Below are positions 41,183 through 53,500 of a stretch of 64,000 nucleotides of DNA, in pieces. Origin of the DNA: Hyphochytrium catenoides (lineage: Eukaryota; Protista; Hyphochytriomycota); assembly GCA_900088475.1 (NCBI GenBank), contig FLMG01000350.1, forward strand, positions 62,001 to 126,000, read 5' to 3'. Numbering within the stretch: the stretch's first letter is position 1; each line of letters begins with the position of its first letter. Made by a program: the position numbers and the translations under genes. The notes beneath the pieces were generated by a model. It ran no database searches, was not told where the DNA came from, and saw nothing but the letters and a program-made list of their open reading frames with translations.

Positions 41183-41969
41183 CCTCGCTTATTAAGACTC
41201 GGAGTGATTTAGCCGCCAAAGGTTTATTGACCCCAGCCGCAAGCGTCAGAAGGTGATCCTTTCTCCGCAGATAGCCATCCAAGAGCTTCGTTTCAGTACA
41301 TCAGGGAGAAAAGGTAGGCTCTTTGCTTTTTCACTTAGTAATGGTAAGAGACAAAGTCACTTCAACCGTACACTTCGCGCGCTCCAGAACGAGGCCAAAG
41401 CGTGTTCTGAACGTCGTTCTTAACAACCAACCAGCTGCTTGTCTCTGTGATTCTTGTTGACAATCCAACTATGAAACGTCAATAGCAAACCCTGCAGATG
41501 AACCTCGGGTGTATGACTCTTTGAGCTTTGACGTTCGCACAAATGCGCTGAGGGATGAGGCAACGCGGGCTCGAACGGCTGGCTCTTTGCCGTCAGATTG
41601 TTCTTCCTTTCGCCCACGTTCCGTTCAGGTCGATAAGGTTCTCCACCTTTCCTTTGTCTTTGTTGACTTTTTGACTGCAGAGACAGAGACGCAGCCCACT
41701 TTCCAGCGTCATGAGGAACTGTGGAGCGCGAGAGAGGGAGAGAGAGAGAGTTTAGTTCAGAGCTAATGATAGGAAGACAAGGAGGAGAGAGATCGAGCGA
41801 GCGAGAGACAGAGAGGAAGGACCTTTACCACCTTTCATACAAAAAGCCCGCCCGAACAACAACGAAGATACAGAGAGAGACTGGGGAAGACAGAGAAGGT
41901 GAGAGACAGAGCGCGTGTGATAGAAAGGAGGTTCAGGAAGAGGAGTTTGAGGTGGACGAGATGTAGGGT

Positions 41970-42045
41970 GCAGTTATAAGTATTGTGTTAGAGGACACAG
42001 GACCCTGCTCAGTCTTGCTATTACGGAGTTCTCATTGGCTTATCC
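41970..42045 (-). promoter_or_regulatory. Putative TATA-like and CCAAT elements upstream of the 168-aa gene
   Basis: Minus-strand cttataac at about 41973-41980 and agccaatg at about 42033-42040, followed in the direction of transcription by a (TC)n-rich tract at 41730-41910. Confidence 0.3.
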
Positions 42046-44201
42046 CAGGTAAAGAGGATTGCGCCTTCCCACCTTCAGCTCCGCTAAAGCTTTCCAGTTT
42101 CTTTGTAGTTCGATGCCTGCCCCTTCTTTTCTGCCCCATTCACCCACTAACTGCCGATAGTTAAAGCTTTAGTCCGCTGTTCCATTATTACCCACCCACG
42201 CCTGGCAGCAGAAAAAGTGTACTTTTCGCAAAGTCAAAAAAACTTTACATTCAATTCAAGTCTCTGTTTCCTTTATTTAGTCCAATACTTATTTATATCC
42301 ACTCCAATTAGATGGATTCTGAATGTACCCAACATAGATGTCAGAAGCATACACATACAGACAGCACGTACTGTACAGTACTTGAATGAGAGGGTTGGCA
42401 CGTTGGCAATGTTTATTTAGGATAATATACGGTTTGATTAAGAGTATCCTTGCCCATCCTTGAGCGCAATCTATAAGTACTGCCTACGTTAGGGCGAAGT
42501 AACTTTCCATTCTCCTGAAGGTTTTCTTGCATCTCTTCCTGTTCCGTACAGTAGCTTTTGTATAATAACCTACGTACTGTGTATTTAGAAGTGGAATGTG
42601 TGATTTTCTAGCTTTTCTCACTCTCTGTCAATTACTGTACAGTAGAACGCCATGGCCTTGGCGCATTGAACAACTACGGACTACAGCTGAATACAAGTCA
42701 GAGGTGGTCAGCACCACTGTTGACCAAAGTTGACAGCACTTATTCGGGTTGTGTGCATCAGACCAAGAACCAGTCTGCGATAGGCCGATAGTGTGACTCC
42801 TCTCCTTCACCTTCCTCATCCTCCAAACACGTCTCGCGCTAGGTGTTTGTCTATGCAGTCCAAGCTTCAAGTCCCCTCACAGCCTGAATAATTATCACAA
42901 ACTATACTCCTAGCCTTATAAGGACCTCTTCTTCTCAATAACGTAGAACTATCTTCCTTGTAAGGAGTACCCGCACAGCAGCTTTCTACAGACTCCCATA
43001 AGCTCATCAGACCGTCCCCTCCTTATTTTATCAGTCTCCATCATCAGGTAGAACTCGAGTTCTATCACGCATCAGGCATCAGGGAATGCTGATGAGAGAG
43101 AATCCTCGTGGGTTCTGTTCTTCTTTATATCGACGTTACCGTCCCTTTAAGTGGATGGCAATGACGGCACTCTCATCTCTGCCACAGGATGCACCGCATC
43201 TGAGCCTCAAGGTAGCTTGCAAGCATCATAGTAAAAGGCGCAGCGCCACAACTAGGATCTTCTCCCTTTTCTCCTCCAAATAGTGCACTAATCTGAGTCT
43301 TCGGGGTATCTAATCCTCAGATTCAAATTCTACTTTCTACGCGGTGTTCGTCTGACGTGTGGTAAGCAAACACAGTTGCTACCAGCACATGTTTTGCCAG
43401 CTCTGCAGTTGACTGTCATCTGTTGCTGCCAGCGGTCTCTAGGCTCTGGGCAGGAGATGATGCAGCTGGAGAACTACAGAGTCAATGAACTGACTTGCGG
43501 CATGACTACTATCACTCCTGAGGACTATAATCATGGCTCACGAGAATAAACAGCATGCCAAAGCGATTCAGCAGCTTCTGAGAGAACATTTTGCTTTAAT
43601 GGCTAAATGCACAGAGCAGCTGATATAGATACTATCCGGGGAAGTAAACTAGATTTCAGGCTGCATCTTCTCCTTATCTGAAGATTCTCGCTGACGTCTT
43701 TTGAAAGCCCTGCATGTCCAAGCTGAAAGTAGGATGAAGTACAGCCAAAGCAGGGAACTCTTGACAGCTCCGTAGGTTTACAAATGCTACGGGACATGAT
43801 GTTCCTTGCGAGAATATGTCCGATACAACCTACTTGAGGGACGACTTCATGTCCTAAGAGCTAAAACGACGGACGAGAGTCGTGTTCATTCAGAACTTAT
43901 GTAAAGTGGCTGAGTTGCACTGTATCTCTGTCTTAGATAAGTTCTCATCTATCAAGCTAAATGTACCAGGATTATAGATGCCTAGTTCCGGTGATCGCGT
44001 GATGGTTCTAAAAACCCTGGGATGCGGCTGCAAAGCCAGGTCATTCAAACGGCATATCGACCAACACGCTAGAGCGCTGTCATAGGGGACGCGCCGTGGA
44101 AACACCTACTTCTGCGGGGATCATTACCTTGACGACATTTCTCTAGATTAACCTATTAGGTGGCCTCCTAACAAAATAACGGGGTAATTGCCAACACCAG
44201 C

Positions 44202-46099
44202 TTAAGCTTTCATCATTTCTTCGACCGTAGCGAGAGCGCTCCACGCCAATCCGTGAAGATGGTAACCACCTTCGAGAACAAAAACTGCCCGACCTTGACA
44301 ATGTTCGGCAGCCGTGGCCAAGAGCTGGGACGTCACCTGACGGTAGTCTGCCTCTGTTATATGCAGAGAAGACAGTGCGTCGGAGTAATGGGCATCATAA
44401 CCTTAAAAGTGACAGATACCCTGAGTGTACGACCTTTATAACATCTCCTCGCGTTCCTACCTGCAGACACCATAAGCAGATCAGGATTGAAAGCTTCTAT
44501 AGCGGGAATAATCTGCGAAGCGTAAGCTTCTAAGAACTCAGCCGAGCCAGAGCCGCTAGCCAGCTCTACATTTAAGATCTGACCATGTTCACCGCTATCT
44601 TCTGGCTTGCCTAGTAGGAAATTACATTTAGCAAAATATGTTATCACCTCAGTCCTAAGGAAAGTGTATGTACCTGTTCCTGGGAAAAAGTATGGTCCTT
44701 CATGAGTGGACACATACATCGTATCTGAGTCGTCCCACGATGAGTTCTGCGTACCATTACCTGGGTGAAATGCTAATGAGTATATCCTTCCACGCCCAAC
44801 CAAAAGATGTCACGAAACGGTCCCCGACTCACCATGGTGAACGTCCTAAAGAGGAGGAAAAAGTAGGTTAGACCTCTTTACCGTGCGGGCAGTAATAGTA
44901 GGACGGCCTACCCAATCCACGATAGCGATTTTTTTGGCTTCCCACTTCTTCCTGGCGTATGCTGCACCAATGGCGACCTAATTTTTGGCACACTATGAAC
45001 TACTCATGTCAGATCGATTAGCACAGCAAACTGCTCCCCTCACGTTGTTGAAAAAGCAAAACCCCATCGCGCGGTCTTTCTCAGCATGATGACCCTAGGA
45101 TATGTAAGACGTCAGGAACATGTAGTCCGCGATACCCTCCTCGTATTCCCTCACCGGTGGTCTTACAGCAGCAAAAGAGTTCTTGAATTGCCCCTTAAAG
45201 ACCAAGTCGATAGCGGTGATAACACAGCCTGCAGCAGCAATTGCGGCTCTTCCTTACGCGCAAGGCAACAGGGCACAGGACGTAAGAAGTTAGGATGTTG
45301 GATGACGTAACGTCTGCAGTTCGAAGCGAGGAAGCCTACCTGTCCCTGGGCCTACGGCAGTATCGAAGTCTATATGAACACATTCTGAGAAACATGTGGG
45401 TATATCATCTATCACGTCATGCCCTAGATATCTATATAAATAGGAGGCCATATACTCTTGACTCACTGTTCGTTGTATCCGCCTCTTCAAACATGTGGCG
45501 TAGCTGGTTGATGTAACGTCTGTCATGTACTAGCTCCAGCATCTCTTTCGTGGAAAGCGCCTTACTTCAGTAACTACGTGAGAACTCTTGTCCCGAGAGT
45601 AATCATTGCTTACCCCACGAAGCTGGTATTCCCTCCACGAACGAGACGTTGCTTGAGGAACCATGATGCTCTATCAGAAGGTTAAGCACTGCTCGTAACC
45701 GCTCAGGTCGCTCCACATGGCCGTTGCCCTAATAAATGTAGCGATGGCCGGGTGGTAAAAGAAACAAGTGAGGTTGATGAAAACAGGTCAGGCAGCGAAG
45801 TGGTACCTCCTCACCATATCATGCAGCAGACAGTCAGGATGTGATACTACGCCAGTTGTCCCGTGGAATCTAGGACTATTGGCGGCGCCTTTGGCTGCAA
45901 CACCAGTGTAACAGCGTCGAATGCATGATGATGGGGGACTTGAGCCCGTTACTCGTCTGGACGACTGTAGGACCAGGCCGCAAGCTAAGTTGTTGCCAAC
46001 CGGAGAAAGCTCTTTCGGGGAGAGTAGCGCTGTCACTCCTCCAAAACCCGAGCAGTGCCTTATTAATGCCCCAAAAGCAGCACCCGGAAGGGGATACAT
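44202..46099 (-). CDS. Zn-dependent lysine deacetylase (class II / bacterial-type HDAC family) with an N-terminal transit-peptide-like leader, multi-exon
   Basis: HVERPERL; VRPPGHHA; MGFCFFNNV; IVDW|DVHH|GNGTQ; SAG|YDAH; VLEGGY; ends EEMMKA* at 44202. Confidence 0.9.
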
Positions 46100-47326
46100 T
46101 GTTACGAAACAAATGCAGTCTTCCAGAGCACTGCCAGAAACTCTTTTCTTTGGCTCTTTTAGAAGATGCAGGTTAGTGCGTATGCTGGGTGCCGCTGTCC
46201 CTTTGGCTGATCAAAGAAGTAACTGTACGAGTAGCAGTGCAGTGCGGCCTCTACAACTGACTCTTGTTCCTATCACTCAGCACAAGCAGGAGAGCCATAG
46301 AGTGCACTAGCTGACCAGAGCTGCTCAATCATTCTGCTTCCCTACTTATTGTTACATTTATGCGTCCTCTACTGCCTAAGATCTCTTTCTTGCTCTTCCT
46401 CTCCTAGTCGCCCCCGGACCCTCTCTTGACCAACTCTGTCTCTTCGCACCCCACCCTTTCTCTCTCCCGCTCTGTCTCTCTGGTGTCTCTCTCTCTTTCT
46501 GTCATTCTTACAGCAGCAAGTCAGCCTTTAGGTAGTTGCTCTTGTAATAAAACGTAAGATTTCTAGGAAAGACCTGTAGCTGTAGAAAGATCCATCATTG
46601 TTTCAAGAACAATGTCAGCATCATTTCAAGAAGATGCCGCGAAGGGAATATTTCGAGAATTGAACCCTCTCCAGCAGTTCTTGAGTCCTAGTTCCAGAAT
46701 GTTGCATGAAAGATTCTATAACGGTTGTTTTCAATGTTGCCAGAATGCTGTAACGGTATGTGAGAGGGTGGGGTCCTGTGCTAGAGACAGTGAGGAGAGA
46801 TGTGCGAGACAGAACGCACACTCTATCTAGCCGTTGGCTAAGGAAAGTGGGTTTGAGAAGCATCTGAGATATTAACACAGACACTGGGTAAATTCAAGGC
46901 TCGAGTGAGGGATGACTGCATGCGTTTGGTGAATTGAAAGAGTTCCTTGTGTACCATCAGCATGGATGCTACCCCTCTTCTCTGGGAGGGCTGCCTGCAA
47001 GAAGCAAGAAGAACCTTTTTTCCTCGACCTTTGTTATCTCGACTGTTCGCAGCTTGGGAAGGGCGAGAGGAAAGATGATGGTTCCTTCTTGCAGTCCCTT
47101 CTCATCCCACAACCTAAATAGAGGACATGGAAGACGTAGATAAGAAACAAGGGTGCACTTTCGAGCGCAACAGGAAGCCATTGAACTCTCGAGGAGACTG
47201 TGCTCTATGAGCTTCGTGGCCCAGACGAACAAAGGGAAAGCTTGAGTTGACTCTCACTATTGAATTGTCGAGCAATCGAGCAGATAACAGTGTAGTAAAC
47301 CTTACGGTGAATACTTTCTCCTGACC

Positions 47327-48925
47327 ATGACGTGGGACCAAGGACCAGCAGTCCGTCGAATAAGGCGAACACTAGACCATATCAGGGATTCCAACAATGC
47401 TTTGCCAAGCTCTCCAACAGATCTCAAACAGGAACTCACCTCTGCCGGCCAGCCAGAAACTGATATGTCTTCTAGCGACTACCAGTACACACTGTCTAAT
47501 GTAGGTTGTGCTCTTCATTCTGTTAGTAGTGAGGTGTCGGCTAAATTGCAAGGGCTGCCACTTTCCTGACCAGGGCATTCTGACTCCAGACCAGCGAGAG
47601 TTCTATGAAGTGAACGGGTTTTTAGGTATTGACTTCTAGAGAATACCCTCCACAGCGAAGGAAGAATGACGCTGACCTTTGCTCTTCTCAAACAGTCATT
47701 AAGGGTCTGATCGATAGCGAAGAGCTTGATATCTACAAAAACCGATTTAGGGACATCTGTGGTAAGTGCAGAGGCAGGGCCAAAGTGGCCTATAAATGTT
47801 CTGATGTTGGGCTCCTTTTTCCTCCTTAGACAAGAAGGTGGAGGTGCCTCCCAGTATGACTGTCATGCGGGACATCGCACTGGCCAAAAGTGGCAAGCGT
47901 CAGGAAGGAGAGCGTGCCATCACAAAGGTTCAGGTAGGAGCAATATTCTCACTGTGTGACCTAGGTTGTTGCTTACTTCACTCCAAGGACTTTCAAGATG
48001 AAGAAGTCCTTTTCAAGTATTGTCAAAATAAAAGGTTGCTGGAGGTTGCCAAAGCTATTGTGGGACCTAACATCAAGTCAGTGCACACCATGCTGATCAA
48101 CAAGCCGCCAGATCTAGGTATATAAACGACCGTCTTTTGATATACAAGCCGCCTTTGTTGACCGTACCATACCTCGTAGGTGCCCTCACGTCTCGCCATC
48201 CACCGCATCAGGATCTCTATTATTTTCCTTTCCGACCGGCCAATCGAATTTGTGCCGCATGGACTGCGATGGAAAAAATTGACGAGCTCAATGGCGGTCT
48301 TTACGTGCAACCGGGGAGCCACAAAGGATCCCTTTTGCCGCACACGTAGGTGAACTGGGCTTGTCTCTCCCATGAGAATCAATCACTGAAGTGGCTGCTT
48401 GCAGATATCCGGACTGGGAAGGTGGTGTGAACAAAGCGTACCATGGGATACAAAATCTGCCTAAAGAAACACGCTTTATCAACCTCCGCATGGAAGCAGG
48501 CGACACCGTCTTCTTCCACCCTCTTCTGGTTCATGGGTATGTGACCTGACCTGCAGGATACAGGGGCGACCAATACTGGCCAGCTAATTATCTCTATATA
48601 ATTTCTTTTAGGTCGGGGCCCAATCTTACAACCCGCTTTCGCAAAGCTATTAGTGTCCACTTGTCACCAGCCGATCCGGAGTTTATTGATGTGACAGGGA
48701 CGGTGCAGGTAGGTTGCTCAAATGGACCACATACCTCTGTAGAAGTGCTTAGACAATGATGTGGTGTACGCGCAGGAGGAAATCGCTAAGGAGGTCGAGG
48801 ATATGTTCAAAGCCAGGTCCAAGAAGTTATTTGGGCAGGAACTCCACATGGATTTCATTGACGTCTGGAAGAACAAGTCTCGCTTGGTGATGGGAAGCGA
48901 AACGTCAAGTGGCGCTCAAGTTTGA
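47327..48925 (+). CDS. PHYH: Phytanoyl-CoA dioxygenase (peroxisomal, PTS2), multi-exon
   Basis: ITKVQDFQDEE; [10 protein letters not shown]; [14 protein letters not shown] (HxD); [15 protein letters not shown]; [11 protein letters not shown]; RKAISVH; N-terminal RIRRTLDHI. Confidence 0.93.
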
Positions 48926-50545
48926 TATTACGGTAACACGATCTCTTCTCGTCAACGTCAATGCTGGCGGGTTATCTGGTACCTCATCCATGCCGATATT
49001 TGGTCCTCACTCAGCGTGCACCAACATATTGCACTATTGCAATGATCTGGCAACATCTGTCATCACGAAGCCTTAGGACAATTCCAACTAAGCTATTCGT
49101 CCTGACTCTTGATCCATCTGGTCTATTCTCTTCTCAAGCATCTCCAGTCTATTCTTTTATATTTTAACTATATGTAGATGACGTGACACACTGGACCAAC
49201 TCCGCCCTCTATTGCATTCTTGGCTTAGAAGTACAGTTCTACTTCTACATCCATCATCACTAGGAGGTGATGACTGTGTTCAACTAGCAAGCTGCTTCTT
49301 CACACTACGGAGATGATACACTAGCGGCAGGTGGGTTGCAAAGTGAAGGAGGAGATGTGGCCAAAGAATCCCAGTTGATGAGCGAAGCGGACCCATCATC
49401 AACCCAATGAGGAGACAGCCGCCTCGTTTTGGCTTTGAAGCAGGCCCCGTCCTGCTGACAAGTGAACCATAAAAGAGAAAAGTGCACAAACTAGAGACGC
49501 TAATCCGAATATAAGCTGTTTTCTTCATCTGGAAAGCAAGCTAACACTCATATGGATGGCTTGAGATGCCCGAAATAATGTAGCAGCTGAGACGAGAGTA
49601 ATTGGCAGGGGCCAAAAGGAGGTTGCAGTGAATGTTCAGCAAGGAGCGTAGGGAAGCAAAACAGCCCAAGAGAAAGTACGAGTAGAACAGCTAAGCCTGA
49701 ACTAGCCGGTAACTGTCTTCCAAATCAAGCCGAAACCTTTCACATGGGCAATAAACCGGAAAGATATGAATATAGGCTTTTATCTATGATACGAGAACAA
49801 CGGGCTTTGAAGCATTCTAAGGAAGCTTTCAAGATGGTGCTATCCTCCTTCCTATGCCTTCCTTTCTGATAAATTCTCATCCAGCGCCACTATAGAACTG
49901 TATAATTCGGTTCAGTCACAGACGGCACGATCATCAGAGGCTGCCTTGAGACTGATGAGAGCTCACCATCAGGCAGAGATGCAAGGGAAACAGCACTCAG
50001 AACACTCCGTTATGTTCGGTCGTCAGGCCCTTCCTCCAGCGTCATAGCCTTGGCAGACTTTTTTGCTGATCTTCAAGCTTTTCCTTGTCAGTCCATTTTC
50101 CAATGACTTACAGCTTTCCCAACGTCTCGAAGAGCTTCTTAGGACTTTTCACAACCGATAAGACAGACAGAACTTAAGAGATCTTCCTGCGGGGCACGTC
50201 CAGGAAAGATCTGGAAAGGATCATTCGTTTTGACAGTCACAGTTGTACCGCCGTCTTAGGACAACCGGTGCTTGCTTTAGCTAGGGAGTAAAATGACGGC
50301 TTCGAAAGGCAGCTCAGAGCCACCCTACTCATAACTTCTTGGCGAGTTCCCGGTCTCTGGCTTGTCGGCAAGCCTTCAAGGGGGTACCTTGCCAAGGCTT
50401 ACCTTGACAAGAGGGCTTTGATGGAAATCTCACAGTTATCGCAGCCGCGGCTGCCACACTCATCCCAGAAAGACCTGGTCTCGTAGGTGGAACACCACAT
50501 GTCGTAGGTAAAACTTTTGTTTTGTCGTGCTGCCTTGACAATAAG

Positions 50546-53500
50546 ATGGAAGAAGGTCCCACTAAAGTGGACAGCCTGGTGCTCTACGGAGCGACGGCGC
50601 TCTCCTCCCTTCTCTCAACAGTGGGCTGCCTCTTCATCATCATCCGGTACATTTGGGCCCGCGGTCTTCCATCTGCGGATGTCAGCAAGGATCTTGTCTT
50701 TGTCTTGGCTATCTTCGTAAGCAGCCAAATTGCTGTTGTACTCGGTTTCTTTCGTCGTAAACTTACTCCTTTCTTTGTTGTTACAGGATCTCCTCGCTTC
50801 CCTCGCCTTCCTGTTAGGACAGCTGCCCACCGAGCACTTCTGGAATCAATTTTTTTCTGGTCCAAGTCCCGGTACCCTCTGCACTGTCCAAGGGATATTT
50901 ATTCAGTTTTTTGCATTGGCGAGCATCTTCTGGAATGCCCTCATGGCATACATGCTGTACCGCTTTGTCGTTAGGTGGGAGAAGCATGAAAACATCCGCT
51001 TGAAAGTGTTGTTGCTAGGAGTCGCTGTCATTTGTGTATGTGCTGTGTATACAGTCATCGCCGTCGAGCAGAGCCTTTTTGGCGATGCCACTCTCTGGTG
51101 CTGGATCTCTCAGGAACATAAGGAATGGCAATACATTCTCTTCTATGGCTGGGTCATTCTATGCTGGCTCTTCAGCTGTGCTGCGATCTATGTCGTACGG
51201 AGGAACATAAGGCGTAGGATCGGACGGCAACAGAATTTGGAAGCTTTAGACACAGCCCAAATGGTTGAGAGTAGGATAAGTCTTTATGTACTGACCTACA
51301 TTCTGCTCTGGTTCCCTGCGCTTGTCAACCGAACTACCCAGTATTTTTATGGCTATGTCTTCTGGACCATGCTCCTCCAGGCCATGACCGCGCCTCTTAA
51401 CGGATTCGTCGACGCGGTTATTTATAGTGGAGTCTGGGAGACGCCCATGAAGTTCTTTGCTAGGTTAAAGTCGACAGTGGTCTGCTGTGGGAGACCTGGA
51501 CAGCAAGGCCCATCCAACAGGAAAAGGACCATTCAGGGAGGCGGTGCAGCTTGTAACCCCTCACATCTTCTTCCTGCACACATTCTAGAAGAGCAACGAA
51601 CCGGTATAACGTGAGCTTTGACACTTGAACCATAAGCTTGTAACATTCTCTTGTTGACTATCTAGGCCAAGCGTCGATGCACCTAGTCACCTTTAATATG
51701 AACATGGGCCAGATTCCTCGTAATCTGCACTCCATGCTTCCTCTTGGCTACGATCTTTACGTTGTCGCAATCCAGCAGGCGACTCAGCCGCAGGAATTTG
51801 CCAAGCGCCTGCTGGTAGGACTCTCCCCGATAGCTTGACGGCCAGACGTTGACGCACTACTCTCTTTTCATGGTAATAGGATCACCTGAACCTGGGCTGT
51901 CAAACGGCTTCAGACTCGGCAAAAGGCCCTTACACAATAGTTTATCGAGAGGCCAGTAACTCGTTTGGTGGTAACTGCTTTACAGCACTGATGGTCTTTG
52001 CCTCGCAACAAGCGGTAAGAGGTGGATTTCGTCCCTCCCGCATCAAGTAGAACCTTCGCGGAATGTATTTCCCGAAGCTCAGGGTCAGCTTTTCATATCC
52101 ATAACTAATTTCATCTGTTCTCGATAGGCGGAGGCAGATGTCTTTTTCTGTCCTGGAGAACAGCATGCCTCACGTCTTGGCAGCCTTCTTTCCGGTGCTC
52201 CCCGGGCCTCAGTAGGCATCTGCTTCAGATACTTTGACGCTTGGTTTGCGGTCCTAACAACGTCATTAACTTGGGACTCAAGGTGATTTCCTAATAACGT
52301 CTCTGCCAAGGACCTGGGAGGCTCTCGATTAACTTTATATGGGGCGCTGTTAGCTCCACCTCTGTAGCACCTTTTTTTATCAAGCTTCTGCGGTTCTCTT
52401 TTCCCCGTCTGATCTGACGTTATTCTCACCGAACCGGTACCTGCTTATTAGGGACGGAACTTCTCGCAAGGAGCAGCGCATTCGGGATCTCCACAAGCTG
52501 ATTAAAGAAGCTCACATGACGCCAGAGGAAGTAGGCTTTGACTTCTCCCTGCTTTATCATCACACTATCATCCTGGGAGACCTCAACTTCATTCTCGAGC
52601 CCACCTATCACGACCCGGACATCTTGCAGACTCTACACGAAGCGGTGGTAGCCGAGCGTCAGTGGAGAGCACTGGAGCATTTGCTAAGCCGTGTAGCACA
52701 GCGAGGGGCTGCGATCAACCCTTCTGTCGTTTCGGAGACAAGAAACAGTATTATCAACGTTGATAACATTTCCACAGCCGCAAAGTTCGCTTTTGAGACT
52801 GTCCAGTCGCCGGACTTGGAGAAGGCAGACACGTCACTTAGAGATATTTATGACGAAGAGGACGATGCACCCTTAGGGCAAGAGGCTGCAGAATGGCAGA
52901 TCTGGACGCCACCTATAGGGGGATTTAGCTTCCCTCAGCTCTTAGAGGATTCTCTACGTGCGCTAACCGAGCGAGAAAATCTGTGGGACCGGCTTGTTGC
53001 CTGTGATCAACTGCAATACCTTAAGGGAAAGGGAGACGTTCTCTCAGGCTTCATGGAGGTATGATCTCACCTTGCTCGCTGGTATTGTGATGCTTCTTGG
53101 TCTAGCTAGATCTTGCCCTACGTAAGCTTCTAGTTTGCGCTTTTGCATGGCCTCTACTGGACGTCAAGTCTGCACTTCTTTTCGCGTGATGATGGTTTGT
53201 CGACTTTTGGAGTCCTCTATTCCTATAGCCTGTTGACGCACTGCATTACTAGATGCCCATCAGGTTTCCGCCAACCTATCGCTATCGCGTGGGACACCAT
53301 CGAAAGCTACTAGAGGCCAAAGCAAAGTTAGATATGCGTAAGACGTTAAACTGCAGAGTGGGTGCTATTCACCGGCCACCGTACTACGCGGACCGGATTC
53401 TATTCAAAAGCATGGCAGTGCGGAAGGAGGGCCTCAAGCTGAATAGCTACAGCTTGGTGGAGTCGGTCACAACATCGGACCATAAGCCCGTCGTTTGTTC

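Noticed and set aside
3915-51600. Functional link between the cNMP-domain giant protein and the cAMP-receptor-like GPCR
   Set aside because: They are more than 30 kb apart with unrelated genes between, and cAR-like family membership does not imply cAMP binding.
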